NCBI GenBank assembly: GCA_965215305.1
Contig: OZ244041.1
Span: 2,376,653-2,440,652, forward strand
Direction: 5' to 3'
DNA from: Alphaproteobacteria bacterium
Lineage (GTDB): Bacteria > Pseudomonadota > Alphaproteobacteria > Bin95
DNA length: 64,000 bases
The stretch's first letter is position 1. The number at the start of each line of letters is the position of its first letter. Below are positions 49,548 through 59,122 of the stretch, one piece after another. The notes beneath the pieces were generated by a model. That model did no database searches. It was given only the letters and a program-made list of their open reading frames with translations, and had not been told where the DNA came from. Both the position numbers and the translations under genes were made by a program.

Positions 49548-51601
49548 GGGCTGCCCTCCGAGACGAGCAGATTGCCGTAGCGGTCTGCAAGTGCTGCTTG
49601 GCCGGGGAGGAGCACGGTGGTCGAGTCAAGCTGATCGACGATAGCGGGGCCATCGATCCTGTGACCTGCCAGCAACGCCTCGCGGCGATAGGTTGGAGCC
49701 GGCTGGAGCTCGTCCCCATCGAGGCAGACAAGGCGTTCGCCCGCCGGTTCAGGCCGCTCGGCCGGTGCGGCAGGGAGTTCCGGCAGAGTGAATTTCTCCG
49801 TCAGGCCGACGGCCTCGACACGCTGGTTGACGATCTCGACCGGCGCGCCGGGTTCAGAGAAGGTGTAAAGCCGCTCATGCAGCGCATGGAAGTCGGCGGT
49901 AAGCGCGGCCAGGGCGTTTTCCGTGATCGGGCCGTTGCAGGGCACGGTCAGTTCCACGCCCTGCTTCTCGTAGCGCATGTCGGCCGATCGGCTGAAGCGG
50001 CGACGCTCCAGCGGGATGCCGTTGGCTTCAAGGCAGCTGTCGGCCTCATGCGCGAGCTCCGCGAAGACGGCCTCCGTGGCGGCGGCGTCGAAAGAGCCGG
50101 CCCGTTGCAGGCGGGTTACCGCGAAGTCGTAGCGCAAATCCGTCGTCAACAGCCCGATAGCGCAAAGTATGCCCGGAAAGCGCGGCACCAGCAGGCGCGC
50201 CGTCCGGAGCTCGCGCATGAGCGCCGCGCCGTGGACGGGGCCTGCGCCGCCAAAGGCCGCGAGCGCGAAATCGCGCGGGTCCAGGCCGCGTTCGACCGAC
50301 ATGACCTTGAGCGCCCCGGTCATATTGGCGTTGACCAGATCGACGATTCCCCGCGCGGCCGACAGGAGGTCCATGCCGAGCGGCTTTGCTACATGCCTCA
50401 GGATCGCGGCCTCGGCGGCTTTCGGGACCAGAGCGACCTCGCCATCCAGCAGCGCCGGCGGGATACGGCCGAGCACGAGATTGGCGTCGGAGACGGTCGG
50501 CCGCCCGCCCCCCTTGCCGTAGCAGGCGGGACCGGGATCGGCGCCGGCGCTTTCGGGGCCGACCCGGATCGCGCCCTGCTCGGTCACCGCAGCGATGGAG
50601 CCGCCGCCCGCACCGATGGTGTGAATATCGACCATCGGGAGGGCGAGCGGGTGGCCGCCGATCCGGCCTGTCGTGGAGAGAGCGGGGCGCCCGTTCCGGA
50701 TGAGGGCCACATCGGCGCTGGTGCCGCCCATGTCGATGGTCAGCAGGTCGTCGATGCCGGCCGCGCGCGCCAGCCAGGCGGCGCCCTGCGCCCCGGCGGC
50801 GGGGCCCGACAGCGCGAGATGTACGGCCCCGCGCGCGGCCTCCTCGGGCGGGCAGGCGCCGCCATTGGATTTCATCAGCAGGAGCGGCGCTTCGACCGCC
50901 CGGTGGACGAGGCCCTCGGACAGCTGGCCGATATACCGCCTCACCACAGGCTGCACCGAGGCGTTCAGCACGGTCGCAACGGTGCGCTCATATTCCCGGA
51001 AGACGGGCAGGACATCGACGGAGAGCGCGATTTCGACGCCCGGCAGCCGCGAGCGGAGAATCTCACCCGTGCGGCGTTCATGCGCTGGATTAGCGTAGGA
51101 ATGGAGCAGGACCACGGCGACCGCGTCCAGCCCGGCGGTGCGAATGGCCGCCGCCGCCGCCTCGACCGCGTCGTCGTCGAGCGGCGCCAGTTCCGTGCCA
51201 TCGATGCGTATGCGGCCGGGCGCCTCGAAGATGTAGCGGGCCGGCACGGGGCGTTTTGGCTTCACCCAGGAGAAGAGGTTGGCCGCGCGCGGGATCTCGG
51301 CCCGCCCGATTTCCAGCACATGGCGGAAGCCCTTGGTGGTAACCAGGCCGGTGCGCGCGCCTTTCGCCTCCAGGATCGCATTGGTGACGATGGTGGAGCC
51401 GTGGAGAACGGTTGCAACCTCCTCGGGGGAGGCGCCGGACAGATCCATCATCTTGTCCACGCCGCCGAAAAAGCCCTCGGCCGGGGCGCTCGGCACCGAA
51501 GGCGACTTGGCGACATGCAGCGTGCTTCCGGCGCGGTCCGCAAGGATCACGTCGGTGAAGGTACCGCCGACATCGAGGCCAAGCGCGTAGTGCGCACTCA
51601 T
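49544..51601 (-). CDS. hydantoinase A / oxoprolinase family protein (pair 1)
   Basis: ALGLDVGGTFTDVIL, DMGGTSADVAL ATP-binding (ASKHA) motifs; start MSAHYA overlaps SDR stop (ATGA). Confidence 0.9.
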   Translation of the reverse strand: MSAHYALGLDVGGTFTDVILADRAGSTLHVAKSPSVPSAPAEGFFGGVDKMMDLSGASPEEVATVLHGSTIVTNAILEAKGARTGLVTTKGFRHVLEIGRAEIPRAANLFSWVKPKRPVPARYIFEAPGRIRIDGTELAPLDDDAVEAAAAAIRTAGLDAVAVVLLHSYANPAHERRTGEILRSRLPGVEIALSVDVLPVFREYERTVATVLNASVQPVVRRYIGQLSEGLVHRAVEAPLLLMKSNGGACPPEEAARGAVHLALSGPAAGAQGAAWLARAAGIDDLLTIDMGGTSADVALIRNGRPALSTTGRIGGHPLALPMVDIHTIGAGGGSIAAVTEQGAIRVGPESAGADPGPACYGKGGGRPTVSDANLVLGRIPPALLDGEVALVPKAAEAAILRHVAKPLGMDLLSAARGIVDLVNANMTGALKVMSVERGLDPRDFALAAFGGAGPVHGAALMRELRTARLLVPRFPGILCAIGLLTTDLRYDFAVTRLQRAGSFDAAATEAVFAELAHEADSCLEANGIPLERRRFSRSADMRYEKQGVELTVPCNGPITENALAALTADFHALHERLYTFSEPGAPVEIVNQRVEAVGLTEKFTLPELPAAPAERPEPAGERLVCLDGDELQPAPTYRREALLAGHRIDGPAIVDQLDSTTVLLPGQAALADRYGNLLVSEGSP

Positions 51602-52347
51602 GGGCTGCCCATCACCGGCAATGTCTGGCCGGTGATCCAGCCTGCCTGGTCGGAGGCGAGAAACAGCACCGCATGGGCGATGTCCTCCGGCCGTCCTAGC
51701 CGGCGCATGGCGATGCCTTCGACGATGGCTGCCTGCTCTTGCGGGCTGCGCGCCTCCCATTGCCGGACATAGTCGGGCGAGGTCTGCGGCATCAGTCCGG
51801 GCGCCACCGTGTTGACGGTAATCCCGAAGGGGCCGAGTTCGGAGGCGAGCTGGCGCGCAAGCCCGATCTGCGCTGTTTTCGCCGTGCCGTAGGAGTGTAT
51901 GCCCGTGCGAGATACGCGCAGGCCCGCCCCGGACGAGATCAGCACGACCCGGCCCTCGCCCTTCGCCTTCATGCCGGGCGCGACTGCGCGGGCCACATGG
52001 AAAGCGCCATCGACATTCACAGCCTGTATGGCGCGCCAGTCGTCGTCGCTCACCTCCTCCAGCGGCCCGGCCGTCCGACCGCGCACGCCGCCGGCCGCAT
52101 GGACAGCGACATCGACCGGGCCGATCCGGGCGACAAGCCCATCCACGGCGGCCGAGTCGGTGACATCAAGGCAATGGGCTGCAACCGGATGGTCGGACGT
52201 CGCGGCTGTCTCCCCGGCCAGATCGCTTTCAATGTCCGCAGCATGGACCTCCGCGCGCTCGGCGGCGAAGGCATGGACGATAGCCCGCCCGATACCACGC
52301 GCCGCGCCGGTCACCAGGACGCGCTTGCCGGGGAACGTGATTTCCAT
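51598..52347 (-). CDS. SDR-family oxidoreductase
   Basis: VLVTGAARGIGRAI, NVDGAF, YGTAKTA catalytic YxxxK. Confidence 0.9.
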   Translation of the reverse strand: MEITFPGKRVLVTGAARGIGRAIVHAFAAERAEVHAADIESDLAGETAATSDHPVAAHCLDVTDSAAVDGLVARIGPVDVAVHAAGGVRGRTAGPLEEVSDDDWRAIQAVNVDGAFHVARAVAPGMKAKGEGRVVLISSGAGLRVSRTGIHSYGTAKTAQIGLARQLASELGPFGITVNTVAPGLMPQTSPDYVRQWEARSPQEQAAIVEGIAMRRLGRPEDIAHAVLFLASDQAGWITGQTLPVMGSP

Positions 52348-52350
52348 GGC

Positions 52351-54345
52351 CTAGCCCTGCGCCGCTTCGAACTGCGGGAACTCGGCCGTGAGCGCATCGA
52401 AGGCCGCGCGGACTTCCGAACCGTCGCCCCGCCGCGCCTCCGGGGCGAGCATGTCGACAGCATTGAAGATCCGGTGTTTGGCGTAGAAGCGCCAATTGAT
52501 GGGCAGCGCTGCCAGGCATTCGGTCAACGCGTCGTAATTCGCGTCCGTCCACACGGCTTCGAACGCCGCCCGTTCCGGGCCGACATCGTAGAAGCCGCGC
52601 GCCTGCCCATTGCCGCGGGCCGCACGCAGCGCCTCTGTCGCGGGCCGGTCCACCGCGTCGTCGGCAATGGCCACGCCATAGGCGTCGCGGGCATGCTCCG
52701 TCGAGACCCAGCCGCGCCGCCAGTCCAGCAGCACCGCTTCGGGGTCGCGCCGGAAGGGGTCGCCCCATCCGCCGGCGCCGCCGCAGGTGACATGGATGAC
52801 ATCGCCCGGGCCGACGGAGAGGATGTCGGTGTTCCTCAGGTCCACCTCGCGGTTTGTTCCGGGGTTCTTGATGAATTTCGAGGCGCCGCCCGGGCGGCCG
52901 CCCTCAATGCCCCAGCCCGTGAAGATCGTCCGGTCCCGGTTGCGCGCCGTGACGCGGGTATTGGGAGAGAACGCCTGGAATACGAGTTCCGTGCCGAGGC
53001 CGCCCCGGTGCTGGCCGGGCCCGGCGGAGTCGCGCGCCAGCCCGAACCGGAGCACCTTGATGCCGGCTTCGGCCTCGTTCACCTCCGTCGGCGTGTTTTT
53101 CATGAAGCCCTGATTGGCGCCCGAGCCGTCCGGGCCGTCCTCCATCGCACGGCCGCCGCCGCCGCCGCTCATCGGGCTGATCGCCGCCATGATCCGCCGG
53201 CCGGTTCGGTTGTCGATGGTGTTGACATTCATGATCGGTCCGCCCGAACCGGGCGCGCCCGCCATCCGGTCCGGCGCCGCCTGGGCGAAAGCGCCGAAGG
53301 TGAGCCCGTGCAGGCGGTAGCAGCTGAGCGTGCGCATGCCCACCGCCGCCGGGAATTCCGGATTGACCATGGTGCCGGACGGCAGGATGCAACGGCAGAC
53401 GCGTGCAATGCCGGAGTTCAGGTAAAGCGACGGGTCCAGCGAATAGAGCACATAGGTCATGCCGACCAGCAGCAGCACATGGCGCTCGTCGCCGCCGGTC
53501 GGCATATTGAGCGAGGATTCGAGCTGCGGGTCGGACCCGGTGAAGTCGAAGACCAGGTCTTCGTCGCGGACAATCACCGTGAGCTTCATGCGGCAGGGCC
53601 GCCCATCCACCGAGTCCTCGTCCATATAGTCCGCGAAGGGATAGACGCCGTTCGGCAGGGTGCGGATGATGGCGCGAGCCTGGGTCTCGGCGTAGTCCAG
53701 CAGGTCCGCCACGCCGTCGCGGAAGGTCTCTATGCCGAAACGGGCGATCATCTCGTGGACCTTGCGCTCGCCCGTATTGCAGGCGGCGATCTGGGCCTTG
53801 AGGTCACCCCAGTTCTGGTCGGGCGCGCGAACATTGGCGAGGAAGATATCCAGCACTTGCCGGTTGAGCCGGCCCTCCTCCATGATCTTGACAGGCGGAA
53901 TGCGCACGCCTTCCTGGTGGATTTCCGACAGCGTGCGCGAGAGCGAGGCCGGCACCGCGCCGCCGACATCGGTGTTGTGGATATGGCCGACGGAGAAGGC
54001 GACGATCTCGCCCTCGTGGAAGACGGGCTTCCAGATGTGCATGTCCGGCGAGTGGGTGGAGACGAAGCCCGAATAGGGGTCGTTCGTCATGGCGATATCG
54101 CCCGGCCGGTAGTCGTCGATCATGGCGATGGCGCGGCCGTAATTGAGGCCTACGAACCAGGTGGCGCCGAGCTCCGTGGGTGTGGCGAAGGTTTCCCCCT
54201 CCGGCGTAGTAAGGCCGGTGGTGAAATCCTCGGTCTCCTTGACGAAGGTCGAATGCGCGGTGCGGTAGAGCGTGTAGGCCATGCTCTCCGCCGCTGCGCG
54301 GGTGTGGTTCTTCAGGATTTCCAGTGTGACCTTGTCGATGGGCAT
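52351..54345 (-). CDS. hydantoinase B / oxoprolinase family protein (pair 2, longer C-terminus)
   Basis: VTLEILKNHTRAAAESMAYTLYRTAHSTFVKETEDFTTGL; 664 aa. Confidence 0.9.
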   Translation of the reverse strand: MPIDKVTLEILKNHTRAAAESMAYTLYRTAHSTFVKETEDFTTGLTTPEGETFATPTELGATWFVGLNYGRAIAMIDDYRPGDIAMTNDPYSGFVSTHSPDMHIWKPVFHEGEIVAFSVGHIHNTDVGGAVPASLSRTLSEIHQEGVRIPPVKIMEEGRLNRQVLDIFLANVRAPDQNWGDLKAQIAACNTGERKVHEMIARFGIETFRDGVADLLDYAETQARAIIRTLPNGVYPFADYMDEDSVDGRPCRMKLTVIVRDEDLVFDFTGSDPQLESSLNMPTGGDERHVLLLVGMTYVLYSLDPSLYLNSGIARVCRCILPSGTMVNPEFPAAVGMRTLSCYRLHGLTFGAFAQAAPDRMAGAPGSGGPIMNVNTIDNRTGRRIMAAISPMSGGGGGRAMEDGPDGSGANQGFMKNTPTEVNEAEAGIKVLRFGLARDSAGPGQHRGGLGTELVFQAFSPNTRVTARNRDRTIFTGWGIEGGRPGGASKFIKNPGTNREVDLRNTDILSVGPGDVIHVTCGGAGGWGDPFRRDPEAVLLDWRRGWVSTEHARDAYGVAIADDAVDRPATEALRAARGNGQARGFYDVGPERAAFEAVWTDANYDALTECLAALPINWRFYAKHRIFNAVDMLAPEARRGDGSEVRAAFDALTAEFPQFEAAQG

Positions 54346-56394
54346 CTAGCCCTCCCTCGTCAGGATCAGATTACTCCGCAGGTCGACCTCGACCGAAAAG
54401 CCCGGCGGCACGACGGTCGTGCAGTCGTCCTGCAAGACGACTGCGGGGCCGGAGAAATACCGGCCGGGCAGCAGATCGGCCCGGTCGTAAAGCGCCGCTT
54501 CGCGCAGTGCGCCGTCCAGGAAGACTGTCGCATGACCCTTCGGCGCGGCCGGCCCCGGCTGCGCGGCGGCCTCCGCGATCACCGGCTTCGGCACGGCGCC
54601 GCTCACCGTCAGCCTGAGATTGACCGCCTGCACCGGTGCGTCCGCATCGGCGTGGTCGTAAACGCGGGCGTGCTCGGCGTGGAAGGCGCGAGCCAGCGCC
54701 GCGGCCTGGCCTGCGGCGAGATCAGCCCGGTCCACCGGGGTTTCGATTTCGTAGGATTGGCCGAGATAACGCATGTCCGCGGACCAGATGAGCCGCGCCT
54801 CGCCCCGGAAGCCCTGCTCCTCGCGCAGCCAGGCGAGCGCCTGTGCTTCCAGTTCGACCGCATGGCGCTCCAGCGCGGCGAGGCCGCCCGCATCCAGATC
54901 GACAAAGGCCGTGCGGATGAAGTCATTGCGGATATCGGCAATCAGGCCGCCATAGGCGGAGAGCACGCCCGGCGTCGGCGGCACGATCGCCCGCGCCATG
55001 CCGAGTTCGCGCGCGAACAGGCCGCCCAGCATCGGTCCGGCGCCGCCGAAGGCCAGCAGCGAGAAGGCGCGCGGGTCCGCGCCCCGGCGGGACATCAGCT
55101 TCGAGACCTCCAGATACATGCCGGAAACCGCGACATTGACAATGCTCTCGGCCGCCTCGGGAAGCCCGAGGGACAGGCGCTCGGCGATCCCGCCGACCGC
55201 GCGCTCCGCCGCCGCCCGGTCCAGCCTGACGGCGCCGTAGCCGAGCTCGCCCGCCCCGAGCAGCCCCATTGCTGCAAAGGCGTCGGTGACCGTCGGGCGC
55301 TCGCCGCCCTGGCCATAGCAGGCGGGGCCGGGCGAGGAGCCTGCGCTCTCCGGGCCGACCTTGAGCACGCCGAAATCGTCAACCCGGGCGATGGAGCCAC
55401 CGCCTGCGCCGATGGAGGTGACGGAGACGGTCGGCACATAGATCGGGAACTCGCCCACAAGCTCGCCCGCGCCGAAGGCCGGCTGGCCGTCCTGGATAAC
55501 CGCGACATCGGCTGAAGTGCCGCCGACGTCGAAGCTCAACACGTCCGCAGCCCCGATGCGGGCCGCCGCATCCGCAGCCCCGATGGCCCCGGATGCGGTG
55601 CCGGAGAGCAGCATGGCCACAGGATCGGTCTTGCCGAGCTCCGCCGCCATGATGCCGCCGTTGGACTTGGTTATCATCGGCGCGGCCGGCACGCCGGCAT
55701 CGCGGAGCGCCGCCTGCAGCGAGCCAATATAGGAGGCCACTCGGCGCTGCACATAGCCGGCGACGGTGGCTGTCACCGTGCGTTCATATTCCCGGATGAC
55801 CGGCCAGACATCCGATGAGAGCGTGACCGCCATATCGGGCGCAGCTTCCAAGATCGCGCTCCGGACCGCGCGCTCGTTCTCCGGGTTGGCGTAGGCGTGG
55901 AGGAGGCCGACTACAATCGTGTCCGCGCCCGCGGCTCTCGCCTTCGCCACCGCATCGCCAACATCGGCGGGATCGACCGGGGTTTCGACCGAGCCGTCCT
56001 TCAGCACGCGCTCGGCTATGCCGTAAACCCGTTCGCGCGGGGCGAGCGGCGGCGGCCGGCGCGAGAAGATGTCGTAAGGGTCGGGCGTCTTCAGCCGCGC
56101 GACTTCCAGCACGTCCTCGAATTCGCGCGTCGTGAACAGCGCGAGCGCCGCCCCCCGGCGCTGGATCACGGTGTTGACGCCCACCGTGGTGCCATGGGTG
56201 AAGAAACCGATGCCCGCCGCCGGCTGCCCGTGGCGGCGCTCCAGCTCCGCAATACCCTGCATGACCTCCGCGCCCGGGGTCTCCGGCGTCGAGAGGATCT
56301 TCAGCGTGCGGAGCGAGCCGGTCACCTCGTCAAAAACGCAGAAATCGGTGAAAGTGCCGCCGATATCCACGGCGACGCGGCTTCTCCTCGCCAT
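54346..56394 (-). CDS. hydantoinase A / oxoprolinase family protein (pair 2)
   Basis: VAVDIGGTFTDFCVF, FDVGGTSADVAV; start at MARRSR (56394); stop abuts hyuB start. Confidence 0.9.
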   Translation of the reverse strand: MARRSRVAVDIGGTFTDFCVFDEVTGSLRTLKILSTPETPGAEVMQGIAELERRHGQPAAGIGFFTHGTTVGVNTVIQRRGAALALFTTREFEDVLEVARLKTPDPYDIFSRRPPPLAPRERVYGIAERVLKDGSVETPVDPADVGDAVAKARAAGADTIVVGLLHAYANPENERAVRSAILEAAPDMAVTLSSDVWPVIREYERTVTATVAGYVQRRVASYIGSLQAALRDAGVPAAPMITKSNGGIMAAELGKTDPVAMLLSGTASGAIGAADAAARIGAADVLSFDVGGTSADVAVIQDGQPAFGAGELVGEFPIYVPTVSVTSIGAGGGSIARVDDFGVLKVGPESAGSSPGPACYGQGGERPTVTDAFAAMGLLGAGELGYGAVRLDRAAAERAVGGIAERLSLGLPEAAESIVNVAVSGMYLEVSKLMSRRGADPRAFSLLAFGGAGPMLGGLFARELGMARAIVPPTPGVLSAYGGLIADIRNDFIRTAFVDLDAGGLAALERHAVELEAQALAWLREEQGFRGEARLIWSADMRYLGQSYEIETPVDRADLAAGQAAALARAFHAEHARVYDHADADAPVQAVNLRLTVSGAVPKPVIAEAAAQPGPAAPKGHATVFLDGALREAALYDRADLLPGRYFSGPAVVLQDDCTTVVPPGFSVEVDLRSNLILTREG

Positions 56395-56572
56395 TTCCGA
56401 CACGGTGCCCCAATTCGGTTCAGGATCGCGGCCGTCATGCCTGCAGGCCGCATTCCTGCGCAGCATTTCCCGCCGGACGCCGCAAGTCCAGCCTCACCAC
56501 ACCGCGAACCGCTCCGGCATTCAATTGACGCACCTGCCGGGAGGCGTCAGTCTGCCCGTCAAAGGGAGACTG

Positions 56573-57334
56573 ATGGCCGAACTCGACAACAGGGTGGCGA
56601 TCGTCACCGGCGGCGCCCGCGGCATCGGGCGCGGCTGTGCTCATGCGCTCGCGGAGCGCGGCCTCGCCGTGGTGCTGGTGGATGTCCTCGCCCCGGAGAT
56701 GGCCCGCACAAGGGCCGAGATCGAAGGCGTCGGCGTTCCTTGTCTCACTTTCGAGGCGGATGTCGCTGACCATGCCTGCGCGAAAGAAGTCGCCGGCGGC
56801 GTCCTCGATGAATGGGGGCGCATCGATGTGCTCGTCAACAATGCCGGGCGGCCGATGCCGACAGGCATACTGGATCTCTCGGAAGAACAGTGGGACGCGA
56901 CGATCGACGTCAATTTGAAGAGCTGCTTCAACTACATCCAGGCCGTGGCGCCCGCCATGCTGGCGCGTGAATACGGGCGCATTGTCTCGATGTCCTCGCT
57001 CAACGCCCATTCCGGCGGCGTGACCGCCGCCGTCTCCAAGGTGGCCTATGCCGCCGCCAAGGCCGGCATTATCGGCCTGACGCGCTCGCTCGCCAAGGAG
57101 CTCGGGCCCTATATTGCCATCAATTGCGTGTGCCCCGGCCTCATCAAGACGGAGCTCACGCAGAAGAACCCGGTTATCGCCACGCGCGAGCCGGAACTGA
57201 TCCGGGGCATTGCGCTAAACCGCACCGGCGGCCCGCGCGACGTGGCCGAGCTGGTGGCTTTCCTCGCCACTGTGGAGCCCTGCTTCGTGACCGGCCAGGA
57301 CATCACGATCGACGGCTTCCAGTGGAACCGCTGA
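56573..57334 (+). CDS. SDR-family oxidoreductase
   Basis: VAIVTGGARGIGRG, NNAG, YAAAKAG; SD AAAGGGAG upstream. Confidence 0.9.
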   Translation: MAELDNRVAIVTGGARGIGRGCAHALAERGLAVVLVDVLAPEMARTRAEIEGVGVPCLTFEADVADHACAKEVAGGVLDEWGRIDVLVNNAGRPMPTGILDLSEEQWDATIDVNLKSCFNYIQAVAPAMLAREYGRIVSMSSLNAHSGGVTAAVSKVAYAAAKAGIIGLTRSLAKELGPYIAINCVCPGLIKTELTQKNPVIATREPELIRGIALNRTGGPRDVAELVAFLATVEPCFVTGQDITIDGFQWNR

Positions 57335-57423
57335 GAGCCGTGGGACGGCCTGGAGCCGGCTCCGGGACAGGAAAGGCGGGCGCGGCCTGCCACAACGGAC
57401 TGCAACAGGGAGACAGACGACCG

Positions 57424-58989
57424 ATGCTCATTCGCCACGCATTCCGTCTTTGCCGCATCGCCGCCGCCGCGGCGCTTGCGCTCGGCGCCGTAACGACGAC
57501 GGCGGCGGCAGGCGGCAAGTTCGTATTCGCCAATTCGTCCGCCTATGACACGCTGGACCCGCATGCCGTCTTCGATGTCGGGCGCGTCGCCTCGCGCATC
57601 AACCTCTATGACGGGCTGATGCGCTGGTTCGACAATCCCCCGCATCTGGAGCCGTGGCTGGCCGAGAAGGTCGATATCTCGGAAGACGGATTGACCTACA
57701 CCTTCACGCTCCGGGACGCGAAGTTCCATGACGGCTCGCCGGTAGAGGCCTCCGATGTGGTCTATTCCATCGACCGCATCCTGGAGATGAAGAAGGGCGC
57801 CTATTCGCTCTTTGAAGGCACGGTTGCGCCGGGCTCGACCAAGGCGCCTGACGCGAAGACGGTCGTCTTCACCCTCTCCAAGCCCTCGGCCATCTTCCTC
57901 GCCACCGTGCCGGAAATCCATGTCGTCAATGCCGATCTGGTTATGGCCAATGAGGCTGACGGCGATCTCGGCACCGCCTGGCTGTCGAAGAATGGCGCCG
58001 GCTCCGGGTCCTTCCAGCTCAAGCGCTACGACCCGGCCATCGGCTGGCAAGCCACGCGTTTCGAGGACCATTTCTTCGGATGGGACATGGTGGACAACCC
58101 GCTGGACGAGATCGAGTTCCGCACGGTCGTGGAGATCAACTCCCGCGTGCTCGGCTTGATGAACGGCGACTTCCACGGCACGGACGGCTACCTGCCGCAG
58201 GACCAGGTGAAGCGGCTGCGCACCAGCGACCATGTGGTCGTGCAGGAAGAGGAGTCCATGCGGATCTTCTATTCCATCATCCATAACGGCCGCGCGCCGA
58301 TGAACGACATCAACTTCCGCAAGGCGCTGAGCTACGCCTTCGACTATGACGGCTTCATCGACAACATCCTGTCGGGGTCGGTCGCCCGCAACCCGGTGCC
58401 GCTGCCGAACAATATGTGGGGCTCGCCAAAGGACGCCGGCGGCTACACGCTCGACCTCGAAAAGGCGAAGGAACACCTCGCCATGGTCGAGGGCGATATC
58501 CCGGAGATCACGCTGGGCGCGCTCGCCGGCTACGGCCAGACGGAACAGGCCGCCGCGCTGTTGCAGAACGGCCTGAACAAGATCGGCGTCAAGACGAAGA
58601 TCGTCGCCGAAACCTGGCCCGTCGCCTCCGGCAAGATGCGCGACGAGCAGCAGATGTACGACCTGCTGTTCCTGTGGAAATCCACCTATTATGCGGATCC
58701 GAACAACTGGCTCGGCGAGATGTATGCCTGCGAGCAGATCGGCGCCCGCAACAACTCCTGGTATTGCAATGAGGAGGTGGAGAAGCTGCTGTCGGAAGCG
58801 CGGGTCTCGACCGATCAGGAGCTGCGCCGGGCCAATTACGAAAAGGCCAACCGCCTGTTGATGGAAGATGCCGCCGGCATCTTTGTTTACAACACCAAGT
58901 GGTTCGGGCCGTTCAACAAGAACGCCAAGGGCATCCGCTTCTCGCCCATCGGCAACGGCCAGGAGATGCGCTGGGTCTCCATGGAGTAG
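57424..58989 (+). CDS. ABC transporter substrate-binding protein (peptide/nickel/opine family 5)
   Basis: Signal peptide ...ALGAVTTTAAAGG; YDTLDPH, family-5 SBP layout, 521 aa. Confidence 0.9.
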   Translation: MLIRHAFRLCRIAAAAALALGAVTTTAAAGGKFVFANSSAYDTLDPHAVFDVGRVASRINLYDGLMRWFDNPPHLEPWLAEKVDISEDGLTYTFTLRDAKFHDGSPVEASDVVYSIDRILEMKKGAYSLFEGTVAPGSTKAPDAKTVVFTLSKPSAIFLATVPEIHVVNADLVMANEADGDLGTAWLSKNGAGSGSFQLKRYDPAIGWQATRFEDHFFGWDMVDNPLDEIEFRTVVEINSRVLGLMNGDFHGTDGYLPQDQVKRLRTSDHVVVQEEESMRIFYSIIHNGRAPMNDINFRKALSYAFDYDGFIDNILSGSVARNPVPLPNNMWGSPKDAGGYTLDLEKAKEHLAMVEGDIPEITLGALAGYGQTEQAAALLQNGLNKIGVKTKIVAETWPVASGKMRDEQQMYDLLFLWKSTYYADPNNWLGEMYACEQIGARNNSWYCNEEVEKLLSEARVSTDQELRRANYEKANRLLMEDAAGIFVYNTKWFGPFNKNAKGIRFSPIGNGQEMRWVSME

Positions 58990-59010
58990 CCCGGTCCGGC
59001 GGCTCCCAGC

Positions 59011-59041
59011 GGGCCGTTCCGGCTTCGGCGCGGAACGGCCC
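59011..59041 (+). promoter_or_regulatory. intercistronic stem-loop after the SBP gene
   Basis: Perfect 11-bp stem GGGCCGTTCCG / CGGAACGGCCC with 9-nt loop; no T tract follows. Confidence 0.4.
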
Positions 59042-59122
59042 GTAAGGGCGCTCCGGTTCGGACCCGGACAGCAGGGGCGGGGACCGGCGGCTGCCGGCGC
59101 CTGACAGGATGGCCACGATCCG

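Noticed and set aside
51739-55515. 1258-aa ORF on the plus strand across the hydantoinase operon
   Set aside because: It is antisense to the SDR, hyuB2 and hyuA2, which carry clear family motifs. It has low-complexity Arg/Gly/Asp composition.
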